DNA from: Selaginella moellendorffii
Taxonomy: Eukaryota > Plantae > Lycopodiophyta
DNA length: 64,000 nt
Assembly: GCF_000143415.4 (NCBI RefSeq)
Contig: NW_003314353.1
Location: forward strand, 596,371-660,370
Reading direction: 5' to 3'
Positions 24,284 to 38,052 of the stretch are shown piece after piece. A program made the position numbers and the translations under genes. A model generated the notes under the pieces. That model worked only from the letters and a program-made list of their open reading frames with translations. It ran no database searches and was not told the origin of the DNA. The first letter of the stretch is position 1; each line of letters begins with the position of its first letter.

Positions 24284-24855
24284 GCGCTCTGCTCAAGACT
24301 GCCAAACCTTAGCCGCCAATGAAACCCTATTCGCAATAACATGAATAATATCAATATTTATGTTTCACCAAATATTTGAAAATTCTTTAAGCAAATTTTA
24401 TTTTATAATAAAATACACCAGATTACTGTTTAAATCCTTTTTAACTATACTATCTTCTTTATTGAATCCACCAATTCCCACATTCTCTTTATTGTTATTA
24501 GTATGGTGAATATTGTTAGATCCATAATATGACAGCCATATAACATTATAAAAATATAATAAAGACATTAGAAGAAAAATATTTAACAGTGCAAAGCATG
24601 TAATTAAAATGCTTGTAGCCAAAACTTTCTTCTTCATCATGGTTGAATGTGTCTATATTCAAATAATTGAAAGGTTGTATTCTTAAAAACTTTTTTTTCT
24701 TCAAGTGTTATGTTCTAAAGCTTTGTTTATATATCTTAGTAAGTAAACCACACACTTGTTGTTTAGTTTTCTTTTTAAGTTGTTGAACCTTTGCTTCTGG
24801 ATATTTGAGTTGTAAAAGATAGAGCATCACTTGATGACAATAAGAAACTCATGAA

Positions 24856-25960
24856 TGTGATCCTGGATGTATATGTATGGCTAAGATATTATATATTAAT
24901 ATTAGCATAATGGGATTTTGATAGCCATTGTTAGTTTCAATCTAGACCACTCACTTCTGTATATAAATTAAGGTTTTTGGGCTAATTGAATATGCACATA
25001 TCTATATTCCATTTCTATTTTTTATGAACTCACATTATTGGAGTTGAGGGGCAACTCTAATTATCCACTTAGATTTATGTTTTTGGATTAAATTTAGCTT
25101 TTACATTGTTTAGATTTTTTTTTTTTGAATTTCTTTTCAATTTCTTCTCTTTTACTTTTCTTCTTTTAGTTTATCTCTATGCCAAAGTAGCAGCCTCTTC
25201 CTCTTTTCACTCTGGAGTAACAATTAGTGCAATTGTTCGATGTGATGTAGTTGTAATTAAACAATCAAACTCAATTGATGGTGGCATTCATGGCATGTTA
25301 TGCAGCTCCTCTTGCTCTTGTGACCAATCCTCACTTTTAGATATAGTTCTTCTATGGGAATCCTAAGCACAATATATACTATTGGTTCAAAATATTTTAT
25401 GGTGATTGGCATCTATCATTTTTGGGATGATGCCTAGCTTGTATGCAAGTTTCTCATATGTTTCTAAGGGAAATGGTATAATGGTTTAAACATAGCTACT
25501 TATGCAGATTGGAGCCTTCTCCTAGACATCTTTAAACATACGTTTGGATATGTTTGCATCGTCTCTTCCACTTGAGTTAGTGATGCAGCTTGATGTTTGC
25601 TTCCAGAGCCTCTTGCTTTGTGCGGAGCTAAATATGTTAAAATGAATTAAGTTGGAAATGTTGTGGCTCGTGCTTTGTCAAAATATTGTGGGACTCATGC
25701 ATGCACTAACTCTAAACACCCTTAATGACGCCCTTAAACTAGTATAATGCTATGAGACATCACCTTTTTCACTTGTTGTTACACATACTTTAACTCTAAT
25801 TCTTATGGGAGGTAATTCTATTCCAATGGAGGTTGAGCTACTGCTACCCATGTTCAAGGATAAGGGCAAAGACATAGTTATAGTTATGATATTCGCTATT
25901 GGGCATTTGATGAGGTTGGCCATACATATTAATGTTATTAGTAGTTTCCGGATTGGCATC
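24856..25960 (+). mobile_element. Decayed Gypsy fragment (LTR 24856-25034, PBS remnant, gag remnant) of the 7362 family
   Basis: Similar to 7362-8600, with heavy C->T/G->A decay. Confidence 0.8.
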
Positions 25961-26399
25961 CAGATACCAAACTTAGTATCTGAGACTAATCCTTTAGCAA
26001 AACTCAATTATAGATAACACATCATCAAAGAGTGATTCACCACATTTAAGACTCAATATAATCCAACACTATAGACTAAATGCAACTAAAATGATATCAA
26101 CAAAAGTAGGGTCAACATACCCACATGAAAAAACTATGTAAATTAACAATACGATCCTCCACAACACTATCTAGTAAAGCAAGTTTATCACTTGTAAATC
26201 ATCATCGCAAAAGTCCTCAACGAAATCTACAAGCAATCACTAATTGCAAAGCAACCAACAACTACTCTTCAACTTGCTTTTGCAAAACCTAAACACTAAA
26301 CTCACATCATTGACTTATCCACAAAAAGGTACCCAAGTGAGTGTCTAAATCCCCAAGCAGCTCATCCACAGTGTGGGTATTGTTGTTGAGCCAACCATA

Positions 26400-27260
26400 C
26401 CACTGAGAATTGCTTTGCTCGGATGAGGGATATGCAGCAACTAGTTGGGCCCGCTATCGCACAGCCCATCTACCCCACACTTCAGTCTTCAATGGAGGTT
26501 CCGAGCTATTATGCTCAACCCCAGTTACCGGCAGTGCAGCAGGTGTCATACCCAGTCTATGCCTTGGAGCCGACCCAACAATCCGTGCCTCGGCCACCAT
26601 CCTAATTTCCGGCAACCGGAGGTTGGGGTCAGAAGCCAAGATTACAGATCATTTGCTACCGCTGCCACGAGCAAGGACACATCACACCGCACTGTCTGAA
26701 TCCCTAGAAACATGAGGAGTATCGACCCATTTGTGGAATTTGTCAAACCCAGGGGCTACACACACAGGATCAGTGTCTATACCACTTGTAGAACACCAGT
26801 CAAGGAGTGAATCAACCACTGCCAGCAGCTGATCGGGGCAAGCGAGTGGTAGATAGTAAGGCGATCTTTGTAGTCGCAGAGGATCTGCAAGAAGGAGCCG
26901 GCGTACCTATACAAGACTCGAGCCAGATACAAGCAACAGGCACAAGGAGTGTACGGGGGAGATCCAAGCCAGGCTTTTGGTGAGGACTCGGAGGTGATCG
27001 CCAGGAGAAATCGCCGTGCCACCCGTGAGAAAAGAGTGGCGGAGTTTGCAGATCGCCAGTCACGAGCCCCATAAATGGAAGTGTCATTGGACGTTGGGAA
27101 TGCTGGCGTGAACAGACCAGATGGTGCCATGCGCCCATCATTGCCAAGCCCTCAGGAGAAATCCAATTTTGCTCAAGTCCTGAGAAAGCGGGATTGTCAA
27201 AGCCGATCAGGCTGCAGGATCAGATCCAAGAGGTGAGAGGCAGTGTGAATCCCTGGAGAG
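26400..27260 (+). mobile_element. gag remnant of a second Gypsy-type family, left part
   Basis: Zinc-knuckle-like ICGICQTQGLHTQDQC at ~26728-26778. It appears to continue into the protease region at 37170-37724. Confidence 0.5.
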
Positions 27261-27306
27261 CAGTGTATAATATTGACTGGTAAATACTGGTTTTTGGGCC
27301 TTTTTT

Positions 27307-28265
27307 NNNNNNNNNNNNNNNNNNNNNNNNNNNNNNNNNNNNNNNNNNNNNNNNNNNNNNNNNNNNNNNNNNNNNNNNNNNNNNNNNNNNNNNNNNNNNN
27401 NNNNNNNNNNNNNNNNNNNNNNNNNNNNNNNNNNNNNNNNNNNNNNNNNNNNNNNNNNNNNNNNNNNNNNNNNNNNNNNNNNNNNNNNNNNNNNNNNNNN
27501 NNNNNNNNNNNNNNNNNNNNNNNNNNNNNNNNNNNNNNNNNNNNNNNNNNNNNNNNNNNNNNNNNNNNNNNNNNNNNNNNNNNNNNNNNNNNNNNNNNNN
27601 NNNNNNNNNNNNNNNNNNNNNNNNNNNNNNNNNNNNNNNNNNNNNNNNNNNNNNNNNNNNNNNNNNNNNNNNNNNNNNNNNNNNNNNNNNNNNNNNNNNN
27701 NNNNNNNNNNNNNNNNNNNNNNNNNNNNNNNNNNNNNNNNNNNNNNNNNNNNNNNNNNNNNNNNNNNNNNNNNNNNNNNNNNNNNNNNNNNNNNNNNNNN
27801 NNNNNNNNNNNNNNNNNNNNNNNNNNNNNNNNNNNNNNNNNNNNNNNNNNNNNNNNNNNNNNNNNNNNNNNNNNNNNNNNNNNNNNNNNNNNNNNNNNNN
27901 NNNNNNNNNNNNNNNNNNNNNNNNNNNNNNNNNNNNNNNNNNNNNNNNNNNNNNNNNNNNNNNNNNNNNNNNNNNNNNNNNNNNNNNNNNNNNNNNNNNN
28001 NNNNNNNNNNNNNNNNNNNNNNNNNNNNNNNNNNNNNNNNNNNNNNNNNNNNNNNNNNNNNNNNNNNNNNNNNNNNNNNNNNNNNNNNNNNNNNNNNNNN
28101 NNNNNNNNNNNNNNNNNNNNNNNNNNNNNNNNNNNNNNNNNNNNNNNNNNNNNNNNNNNNNNNNNNNNNNNNNNNNNNNNNNNNNNNNNNNNNNNNNNNN
28201 NNNNNNNNNNNNNNNNNNNNNNNNNNNNNNNNNNNNNNNNNNNNNNNNNNNNNNNNNNNNNNNNN
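27307..28265. other. Assembly gap (N run)
   Basis: Run of N. Confidence 1.
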
Positions 28266-29232
28266 GTGAGTAAAACGAGCCAAATTGACTCTTATTTCTC
28301 ACTAGTTTCTTCATGGCCTTCTACTGTATCAACTAGTAGTCAACAACAGTCTCTTCTATCTCAAGATGCTCATCCAAGTGAGCCACATGCTAGTGATGAT
28401 TAAATGAAGGTGCTTAGTAGGAAATGGCGTGCTGAATGGGGTCTTGTGCATCCTTGGAGCAAGCTTGTGAGAGATCTATTAGAAGGATGAAGCTATAAAA
28501 AGGGCCTATGGACATTGCATGTGAAAAATGACTCAATGAAGAAGAGGAGAGAATTCTTCAGGTGATGAAGCTGGTTCACCACTTTGTGGTAACAATTTTT
28601 CCATTGGACAGTATAGCTTCGGAGTTCCAGAATTCCGTCTACCAGAGGCGCCAAACTTTCCTATAGGCAGCGATTATTCAGCATATGTCAATCCCATAGC
28701 AGCACATGATTTCCTCAATGCAATTCAAGATGTGGTGCAACAAAAGCTCTTTGACAACATCAGGGAGAGTCTTTTCTTCTCAGTTTTGGTAGATGAAAGT
28801 ACTGACCATGGCTGTGAACAGCATTTGATCATTTATATGGTCTACTTGCTTGGAGGGAAGGAGCTACACTGTGACTTTCTGAAGCTTCTACAAGTGTAGA
28901 ATGGGACATCAGAATCGATCTTTGAAACACTACAACGTTTGCTCTTGAACATGAATTTGAGAGTAGAGAACATGATAGCCTGTGCTTCGAGTATGGTGGG
29001 CCGTAACACAGGTGTGCTCCAGAGGCTGAGAATGATTTGTCCCAAGATCATTGGTGTGCACTGCGTAGCTCACCGAGAGGCTCTTGCTGCCAAGGATGGC
29101 TTTACAACCAATCAACCAATCTTTGACGCCATCAACAAGCTAGCTGAAAAAATCAAGTCGTGGCTGGGGAAAAGCTCTTTAAGGCATAAAGAGCTAAAGG
29201 AGCTTTTACAGTCATATTGTCTTAAGGAGCTC
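28266..29232 (+). pseudogene. hAT transposase fragment, copy 1 (truncated)
   Basis: FFSVLVDESTD and GVHCVAHREAL motifs. Near-identical to 34935-35905; breaks at ggagctc (29232). Confidence 0.85.
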
Positions 29233-29893
29233 GGGTGCGCTCCTGGAGAATGCAGTGGCGGCGGATACAAGCGAGAAACCCTAACATTAGGGTTTTTCCC
29301 GTCGCTTCATGGGCTGTGGAGGACAATGACTCTCACCTCTTCTTGCATGAGAATTCTGTAAGTCGATGGTTGGCACTCTCGTAGTATTCTTGCAGGCGTT
29401 TCTGAAGTTCAAGGAGGATGTTTTTAAGAAGCTGCATGAGCCGGCGTGCAGACAATCACCCAGTTCTCTAGGACATTCTAGTTCAAACTGTGTGGGCAAA
29501 CATTAGCACTAATATAAGCCAAAAAATTGGGGAGTAGTCATAGTCTCCGTTACCTTCTAACCTTAGCACGCAATAATCTCCTGCAGCAGGGAGTGTGCTT
29601 CATCTGATTCCAATGGATGGATGGGTACCATATTCACGAGCTGACGGGCCAACTGAACACAAGAACTGAGCGAATTTTAGAACTGCAGAGCAAAACTAAC
29701 CTGAATGAAGCTCTGAAGAGTCTCCCGGGACACACTATCAGGCCACTGAAAGTTCCCCACGAGTTTACCATGCGAGCCAACTGTTTCAAGGAGGAAGGCA
29801 CACAAGAAGCAAGGTAGCTTGCTAATGCTGCGGACGATATATTCAGGAGGGAGCTGCAAAGATAATCAAGATTAAACAAGCAAGTTCGAATTG

Positions 29894-30520
29894 TTAACTC
29901 ACCTTCTGTTCACAGTGAACAGATCCATTGTATGTGACGTAATCACTTTGCTCGAGGCCTCCATATTTTTTCGTCAGCCTGAAAAAAGCTGAGTATTTCT
30001 GTATGCATGCATTAAAACAAACATACCTTCTCTTTAATTCTTCAGCAGCAACAGGCTCTGGCGGTGGCAAAAGCTCCAGGAGCTTCAGAGGATGAAGTGC
30101 AACCACTTTTGTTCTAGAAAGCTCATCCCGTACGATGCTTTGGCGATAAGCACAACCTCTGAACTCAGCTCTCAGGTACTGTGCTGATTCATAGAAGACA
30201 GCGAGCAACTCCAAAGAGTGAGACATGGTAACTCTTTCCTGGATGCAACGTTTAGCCAGAGCAGCACCATCACTTGCAATCTCCATGGCAGTCCTGCCAC
30301 CAGCAACCGAAATATCTGCTTTTTTTGCCAGTTCTCGAATGATTCCTGTGTTGGCATCGCAAATATCCTGACGGAGCTGTGCAATGCTGACTGTTTCATC
30401 GCTGATCTTCTTGAGCAGATCACCAGATTTCTGTGTCATTGCATCATTCCAGGCATGGTTGCAAGCAATTGACAAAACTGTCAAATACAGAAAATGATTC
30501 AGAAGACAAAGAGAAGACAA
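29894..30520 (-). CDS. Hypothetical protein exon (helical, unknown function)
   Basis: 208-codon ORF ending near a GTGAGT donor-like site. No family recognised. Confidence 0.35.
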   Translation of the reverse strand: MSSLCLLNHFLYLTVLSIACNHAWNDAMTQKSGDLLKKISDETVSIAQLRQDICDANTGIIRELAKKADISVAGGRTAMEIASDGAALAKRCIQERVTMSHSLELLAVFYESAQYLRAEFRGCAYRQSIVRDELSRTKVVALHPLKLLELLPPPEPVAAEELKRRYVCFNACIQKYSAFFRLTKKYGGLEQSDYVTYNGSVHCEQKVS

Positions 30521-30890
30521 ATCCAGAGCTTACCTTCTTCCTCGTTGCCCAATTGCAACGCAACGCAATCATGCCGAGAACAAGCCAACACCAATGCCAG
30601 AACACTGAACGAAAGTGATTCCACATGATCATTTTGTTTTCTAGCTTCAAAACATACCATTTGCTCTTCATCGTACTCCACCTCTTTAATTAGGGTTAGG
30701 GTTAGGAGCGATGGCGATGGTAATCGGGCGGTCCAAGACATTTTCCGTTGCGCGAAAGGCTGTGAGAGCATTCCAGGATCCGAAGACGGGTGTCAATTGT
30801 GTTCAGCGGGATAACAACCCAACAATGGCTTCTCATGTATGTACTGTGATTATGCGATTATCTGTTTGTTTCAATTCCTTTCAGACTTTC

Positions 30891-32355
30891 ATGGCGAGCA
30901 CAGAGATTAAGGGAGAGCCAGTGACAATCATACTTTCTCACGTTTACAGCGGTGATCACTCGAGTATGTTGTTTTCCTTCGATTTTTTTTGAAGCTTATA
31001 CTTGCTTACAGAGGTTCTGCGGCTTTGTGATTTCCGGCTTGCTTCCTTCAAGAGGCACCTCCATCAGCTTGCCAATGGGATAAATATCAACAGTGTGATG
31101 AACCTCTACTCCAAGTAAGCTTTTCATTCAAGATGCTGCTTTGTATCTTCAGTTTCTGCAGTGTGGAGACGGAGCTCCGTGAGCATGTTACAAGGGACAT
31201 GCCGGAGAGAGAGGCGTATTGCAAGACACTAGACATTGATCCTGAAATAGATATAGACCCTGATCCCATAAGTACAGTCAAGGTAACGTATGTTGAAATG
31301 TGCATTCGGCTAACTTGTATCTGTTCAGGAAAATGATTGGCTTCCTCGTCTTTACACAACTCTGGTAGCCATATATGAAAGCGGGAAGGTGGCTGTTGCT
31401 GGGCCAGGGGCGATGTCGGTTGCTGTTGCTGGACAGAGGAGCTTAAAGGTAAGGACTTCTCTGTCCAATTAGTAGAGGTCTGAAGATGGTGTTTACAGGA
31501 GTTTTCAAGTTCTTGTGAGAGCTATGCAACTCTGCAATGGGTAAGAATTTGTTCTTGATGTTGTTCTTAAAGCTCAATTGTTTTCTACAGGGACATCTAA
31601 ATCGTGATGAGGTGCTGCTCATATCTGACATTTTCTCTCGTGTACAAACCTCATGGAACGCGGGGGAACTAGAGGTTTGTTTGTTTATTATTTCTCAACA
31701 GGTGTTGAATCTGTTTACTTGCAGATAGATAACATTTCCACTATAGCAGAGGAAGCCGATCTTGGAACTTTGGCGATTGTTGTCAAATTTGTTTAGATAA
31801 TATAGGTTACCATTAAGAGCGGGATTAAGACAGCTAAATACTAAAGCATTTATAGAATGGTCTAGATGTATTTTTTGTTGAACCAAACCTGAAACATTAG
31901 ATCGCTTATAGTGAACAAACAATGAATTGTCACAGAATGTTAAATGCACCAGGTCACAGCGTCATGGTGTCGAGCGAAGAGTTCAACGGGGTTATGGACA
32001 AAGCCAACGACGATGCAGATTTGGCTGCATTTCTTGCGGTGGCTGCACTCATTGTGGAATGGAAAGTGTTTACGCTTCCGATCAATTACGTCTTAGCAGG
32101 AGGCGGAAGCATCGGCTTGTGGATCTGGAGAAGCAGTATGTTGCTTAGGGGACTTTTGTGGTTGTGCAAGATCTGGATATGATGAAGCGGCTGGTGATGA
32201 GATTAGGCTGCGAGATTGAGTTCACGAACAGGACCTTAGCCTTCTGCCTGAAGCACGAGGATAAGTTGATTCTGCGGGAATCGCTGCAACGGTTGAGCAG
32301 GAATCAGATTGTGCTTGGGCAGCTCGTGGATGATCTTGAGGAGAACATTTCATGA
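30891..32355 (+). pseudogene. Multi-exon hypothetical gene or gene fragment
   Basis: Short coding-like blocks bounded by GT/AG (e.g. SVETELREHVTRDMPEREAYCKTLDIDPEIDIDPDPISTVK; GHLNRDEVLLISDIFSRVQTSWNAGELE). Confidence 0.3.
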
Positions 32356-32744
32356 GCATCAACAAAGCTCATAGCCTCGTCGTTCGTGAGCTTTGTTGAG
32401 ATCATCTTGCTGAGAGAGCTCTGCGGGGAGAGTTTCGAGGACAACGACTCCTATAGGCTTCGATAGTACGCAGCCATAGCTTAGCGATTGCAGCTAGAAC
32501 TGCAAAGTTGGCTCTTTCAAGAAGTTTCTTTGAAACGAAAGTTTGGAAGTTTGAGAAGTTTCTTGCCTGGCTGATAGGTTGCCATCATTCCTTCATCTTG
32601 GTGTTTCGGTATGTTCCATGAAAATGGGACTTGATTGCGATGCTGTCAATCCTGAATGTCAAGAGAAAGAATCAGAACTTCAGTGGATTTTAAATCACAA
32701 AAGAACCTTACCTATTGCTTGCGGAGAAGTTTGTGATGGAATGA

Positions 32745-33500
32745 ATGGACGCTGTCTGGAGCTCCAGCTCCCTCGCCAGCGATGTTGCTGTAGTGGGTTC
32801 TAGTCCAAATTTGCGCTGCAGCAGCGACACCACCAAATGCTACGCCGAGGCCTTGCGAAGATGCGGGAGCAGCCAGAACCTCTGGGAAGGCAAGAGGCTC
32901 CACTTCCTCCTCAAGTCCCGCGGCTACGATGGCGATACGTTTCTCAGGAATTTGCTCGTCCAGATGTATGGCAAATGCGGCGAGCTCGATCGAGCCCGAA
33001 GTGCCTTCGACCGGATAGTCACCAGGAACGTCTTCTCTTGGACAATTCTCATCGCCTACTTCCAGAACGGGCTCTTCCGGGACGCTCTCGATGCCTATCA
33101 GGAGATGAAGGACGATAGAATGGAGCCGGACGACTTCATCTTCTCAATCGCTCTGGGTGCCTGTGGAGCGCTCGGAACTGACGCGCTCGAGGAGGGACGG
33201 GCGATTCACTCGCACTTAATCGTTGCATCTTCCACCGGAGCAAAGGCACCATCTTTCGGCAAGAGCAGCATCGTCACGACTGGCTTGGTGGACATGTATG
33301 CCAAGTGTGGCAGCGTTGAGGATGGTGCGCAAAGCCTTCGACGTGATGGTGCGCAAAGATATCGTTGCCTGGGGAGCTATCATCACGGCCTATTCGGAGC
33401 ACGGAGATGGAAAGACCATCCTGGAAATGTTTCGAAAGATGGAAACCAAACCAAACATGTATGCTTACTCCGGAGTGCTGGACGCTCCAGACAGCTTAAG
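32745..33500 (+). pseudogene. PLS-class PPR protein fragment, frameshifted and truncated
   Basis: NLLVQMYGKCG..ARSAFDRI..RNVFSWT; GLVDMYAKCGS(fs)RKAFDVM..KDIVAWGAIITAY. Frameshift at ~33325; no E/DYW tail. Confidence 0.85.
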
Positions 33501-34934
33501 TGAGTTTAGCAAAAAGGTAAATAACAGTGTTGTGTTGCTAGGAGCAGGATCATCTTCTTCGCGGATGGCTTGCAATCAAGCTGATGAGGATCCAATTCAA
33601 CTGGGTTGAGGAGGATCTGCACAGACATACATGTGGACTTAGGGGAGGAAGAAAGTATGGAAAAGCACTTGGTATGGAGGAAATACTGGAAAACAAGTTC
33701 CAATGCTCGGGAACTGTTAAACTTAATTTTGACAGGTCAAGGGGACATATGAGAACAGAAAAGTATCCCTCCGGATTACAGCTCCTGACATGAAATCCTC
33801 CAGTGTTTCGTGCAAGACTAAGGGAGTGAGTAAGGATGGCTTGGAAAAAAGTCAGTGAAGAAGGGGGATCCTGCCTTTGATTTTTCTTGGTCTTGTGTAA
33901 GTTGCTTTGTATTTCACCTTTCAGTTTAAAGACAGTGTCTCTTGCATATCACACTCTTCTCTATTGTTGCTCCTTCCTGGTACCTGTGGGATCAGTGTCA
34001 TGAAGCTCTTTCTTAGTTTTCCTTTCTGAGGAGGAAAACTATTAAGTCAGTCAAAAGAATCTATGTGTTTTAGGGTGTTGTAAGACACAAATTGAGGGTG
34101 AAATAAGAAAACAATGAGAATTCAAGTGAGAGACATTCCCTCACTTTCCTTTTCTCTCCTAGAATCCCAAGCACTACCACTTTTGTGTGATCATCCTAAG
34201 ATGCATAAGATAAGCATAATGCAAATTTGGATATTATGGATTTATCAGAGACACTATTCGTGTGTGGCAGACATTGCAAGATAACTGGACTAATGCAAGA
34301 TACAGATGAGTTCATCAAGACAACTTCAGATGAGCACAATTGAAGTTTGTAAAGTTCAAAATGACATGAAGAGATGAGCAGAGGGTGGCAATGGATATGT
34401 TTGTGTGTAAAGTGTGAGTAGTGAGTTCTATGATTTGGAGTTTGCTTTTTGCTAATACCAGCTATTATGAGATTGATGTAGTGTCTTGTGTAAGTCAAAT
34501 TCAAAATTATCTTCTCATTTTCTCTCAGCTATTTTACATGTATAGGTGGTCTTGGCATAACTATTGGCTAAACAAATTCTTGAGTGTTTAGTGATTTAGC
34601 AACAACTCTTCAAAGTTGCTTAATCCTCCCACTTAGAAGTAGTAAACGTCAAATACACTAGTCAAATAGTTATTTACTTTTCTATACAACAGGTCATACA
34701 TATTCCAAAATTTATATGCATATACCTAATACATTATACATGTCAATGTAAAATAAGGACAAATGGGACAGAAGAGGCCGTGTGTGATGGGCTCAAGGCA
34801 CGAAGAGGAGGACCAAGTCCTTATCACTGATATTTCTACTGGGTAAGTAGCATTTAGAAAAAATGCTAGCAACATTGCTTAGAGTGTGCTCTTTTTTTTA
34901 TCATAGGAGTGTGGGGCAAAAGAAAAGGCAGAAA

Positions 34935-37040
34935 GTGAGTAAAAAGAGCCAAATTGACTCTTATTTCTCACTAGTTTCTTCATGGCCTTCTACTGTATCA
35001 ACTAGTAGTCAACAACAGTCTCTTCTATCTCAAGATGCTCATCCAAGTGAGCCACATGCTAGTGATGATTAAATGAAGGTGCTTAGTAGGAAATGGCGTG
35101 CTGAATGGGGTCTTGTGCATCCTTGGAGCAAGCTTGTGAGAGATCTATTAGAAGGATGAAGCTATAAAAAGGGCCTATGGACATTGCATGTGAAAAATGA
35201 CTCAATGAAGAAGAGGAGAGAATTCTTCAGGTGATGAAGCTGGTTCACCACTTTGTGGTAGCAATTTTTCCATTGGACAGTATAGCTTTGGAGTTCCAGA
35301 ATTCCGTCTACCAGAGGCGCCAAACTTTCCTATAGGCAGCGATTATTCAGCATATGTCAATCCCGTAACAGCACATGATTTCCTCCATGCAATTCAAGAT
35401 GTGGTGCAACAAAGGCTCTTTGACAACATCAGGGAGAGTCTTTTCTTCTCAGTTTTGGTAGATGAAAGTACTGACCATGGCTGTGTGTGAACAGCATTTG
35501 ATCATTTATATGGTCTACTTGCTTGGAGGGAAGGAGCTACACTGTGACTTTCTGAAGCTTCTACAAGTGTAGAATGGGACATCAGAATCGATCTTTGAAA
35601 CACTACAAGGTTTGCTCTTGAACATGAATTTGAGAGTAGAGAACATGATAGCCTGTGCTTCGAGTATGGTGGGCCGTAACACAGGTGTGCTCCAGAGGCT
35701 GAGAATGATTTGTCCCAAGATCATTGGCGTGCACTGCGTAGCTCACCGAGAGGCTCTTGCTGCCAAGGATGGCTTTACAACCAATCAACCAATCTTTGAC
35801 GCCATCGACAAGCTAGCTGAAAAAATCAAGTCGTGGCTGGGGAAAAGCTCTTTAAGGCATAAAGAGCTAAAGGAGCTTTTACAGTCATATTGTCTTAAGG
35901 AGCTCAAGATGCTAGCAATGCATGATGTTCGTTGGCTATCTAGGGGAGAAGTGAGGCTGGTGATAGCTATGCCTGCTTTGCTTGATCAGTGGAAAATTGC
36001 AGATAAAACTCAGTACTCCAGCCTCACGACCATTCAGGTATGGTTTTTTCTAGTTAAAATTAGTGTAAGTTCTAATTTAAACTATCATTTTAGGTTCAGT
36101 TTTTTATTCATTTGCTAGCAGATGTTTTGGCTGAGCTGAACAAGTTGAACGTCCTTTTCCAAGCACAAATGACAAATTGCTTGGAGATTGTATCATTTCT
36201 AGATATGACAATTGAAACTTTGAAGGGGCACAAAGGATAGTGTGAATGGAGAGCTTTCTTATGTCAAGGCTGGAGGGGATAAGTCTGTACACAAGTTATA
36301 ATGCAAGCCAGTGGAGGTGAAGAACACTAGGATGTCAAGTGAACCTGCTCAATCTTCAAGTGTTGTTCCACTTGGTCTAGATTTGAATGCTCTAGGGACA
36401 GCTTTATTGCCAGCACCAACTCCAGGTTCAGTAGGAGATTGTGTGATCAAGGGCCAAGCTTATGTTCAAGCAACAGTGAACACGTTGAACACCTGTTTTC
36501 CAGATGTTACCTTCTTCAACAGCTTCAAGCTATTTAGACCAGTGTCGTAGCCTCAAGACTTTCAAGAGCGATCAACACTTACAAGAACATGGCTCAATCG
36601 GCTACTAGAGACAATCAACACTGATTCAACCATGGTGAATATTGTTGCTTGTAACAACAAACTTGATGATTTTACAGGGTTTTTAACGCGGAGCATTGGA
36701 AACAAACCAATGCATGATGCTTGGAGCTTCTGTAGCACAAATGAAAGATGGTGGAATATGTTTCCAGGTATATATTTCTTATAAAATTTAACTTGCTTTA
36801 TTATGGGTTTAATGAAGCTATTCCAACTTTGTATGGTTGTCCCTACAAATACTGCTTTATGTGAGCAAGGGTTTTCATTGTAGAACAATACTAAATCGAA
36901 GACTAAAGCCTTATTAAAGCTACATATGTTAGATGCGCTAATGATGGTGAAACTCAATAGTGAAGATCCAAGAATTATAAATTGGCATGAAGTATTTAAG
37001 GTATGGAAGAATATGAAGCAGAGGCAACCTCATACTATTG
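34935..37040 (+). pseudogene. hAT transposase, copy 2 (decayed, includes the C-terminal dimerization domain)
   Basis: VDESTD, HCVAHREAL, DVRWLSRG and VPTNTALCEQGFS motifs, with stops and frameshifts. Confidence 0.85.
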
Positions 37041-37169
37041 CTACTAGTTAGTTTTTTTATTTGTATTCAAATGACAATTTTAATTTACAAGCTCCTTGTC
37101 ATGAAACTAGTAAAAAAAAATTTTACTAGTCAAAATTTTTTTAAAGTAGCTGGTCAATATTAGACCCTG

Positions 37170-38040
37170 GTGTGGAGAACGAAGACGACATTACCAGACG
37201 GTGCTCAACCTCGAGACCAAGCCATACGACATCCTCCACAATTTGGAGAATCAAAAGCCAAGCATCACTTTTGCTCAGCTCTTGCAGCTGGCTCCAGGGT
37301 CACCATGGCTGTCAAGGAGCACCGGGAAGCAATTGTGAACGCAGCCTGGCCAATGATTGATCTGGATACACCTGTGATTGATGCTAAGATTGTGGGCGAG
37401 AGGCTCTGAGAGTGTGTGATTGACAGGGGCTCAGCTATTAATGTGATGCCGGAGGCCATGGTATCCAAGTTGGAGCTGGATGCACCTACACCAATTCATT
37501 TCAAGGTCCGCATGGCAAATCAGTTGCGTTCCAAGCCAATCGGGGTCATTATGGGAGTGAAAACTGAGATTGCAAGTTTCACCTTCTTTGTCGATTACGT
37601 AGTGTTGAGAATGGAAGGAGGTACCCCGATGGATTACCTGGGAAGACCATGGCTGCGCCAGGCACAGGTGGAACAGAGCTGGAGGACCGGTTTCATCACA
37701 CTTGGGGATGGCAGCAACACTTGAATGATTCAAGTTGCGATGAAGAGTAAATTGGTGGCGACTCCGATTGGACTGGAGGTTGATGCAGGGATGATGGTAG
37801 TGATACCACTTCTGGAACAGCCTCCGGACCAGAGGAAAACAATGTGTTGAGCATGATCAGCCAGTGCAGCTCTCTTGAGAATTGCTCATCAAGGGCATTC
37901 CGGTTACGAGCCTCTGGTGCTGTCCCCAATGAAGGAAGACACATTGAGCGAGTGCCTGCATCATTGGTCACAAGGAGGTGAAGTCGGGCGTGGCATGGTG
38001 AAGGTGCAATATGAGGGGGAAACTGAGCAAGCTTGGGTTT
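37170..38040 (+). mobile_element. Gypsy-type aspartic protease remnant
   Basis: VIDRGSAINVMP...LGRPWL retropepsin-like motifs. Confidence 0.75.
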
Positions 38041-38052
38041 TTCCTTGAGCAT

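Larger units (their letters stand above)
27261..37169 (+). mobile_element. Composite hAT element with duplicated transposase segments and internal gene fragments
   Basis: Imperfect TIRs cagtgtataatattgactgg (27261) and ctggtcaatattagaccctg (to 37169). It sits between gag and protease remnants. No matching 8-bp TSD; contains an assembly gap. Confidence 0.6.

Noticed and set aside
27207-28403. Long ORFs of 358-376 aa
   Set aside because: Artefacts of translating the N gap.
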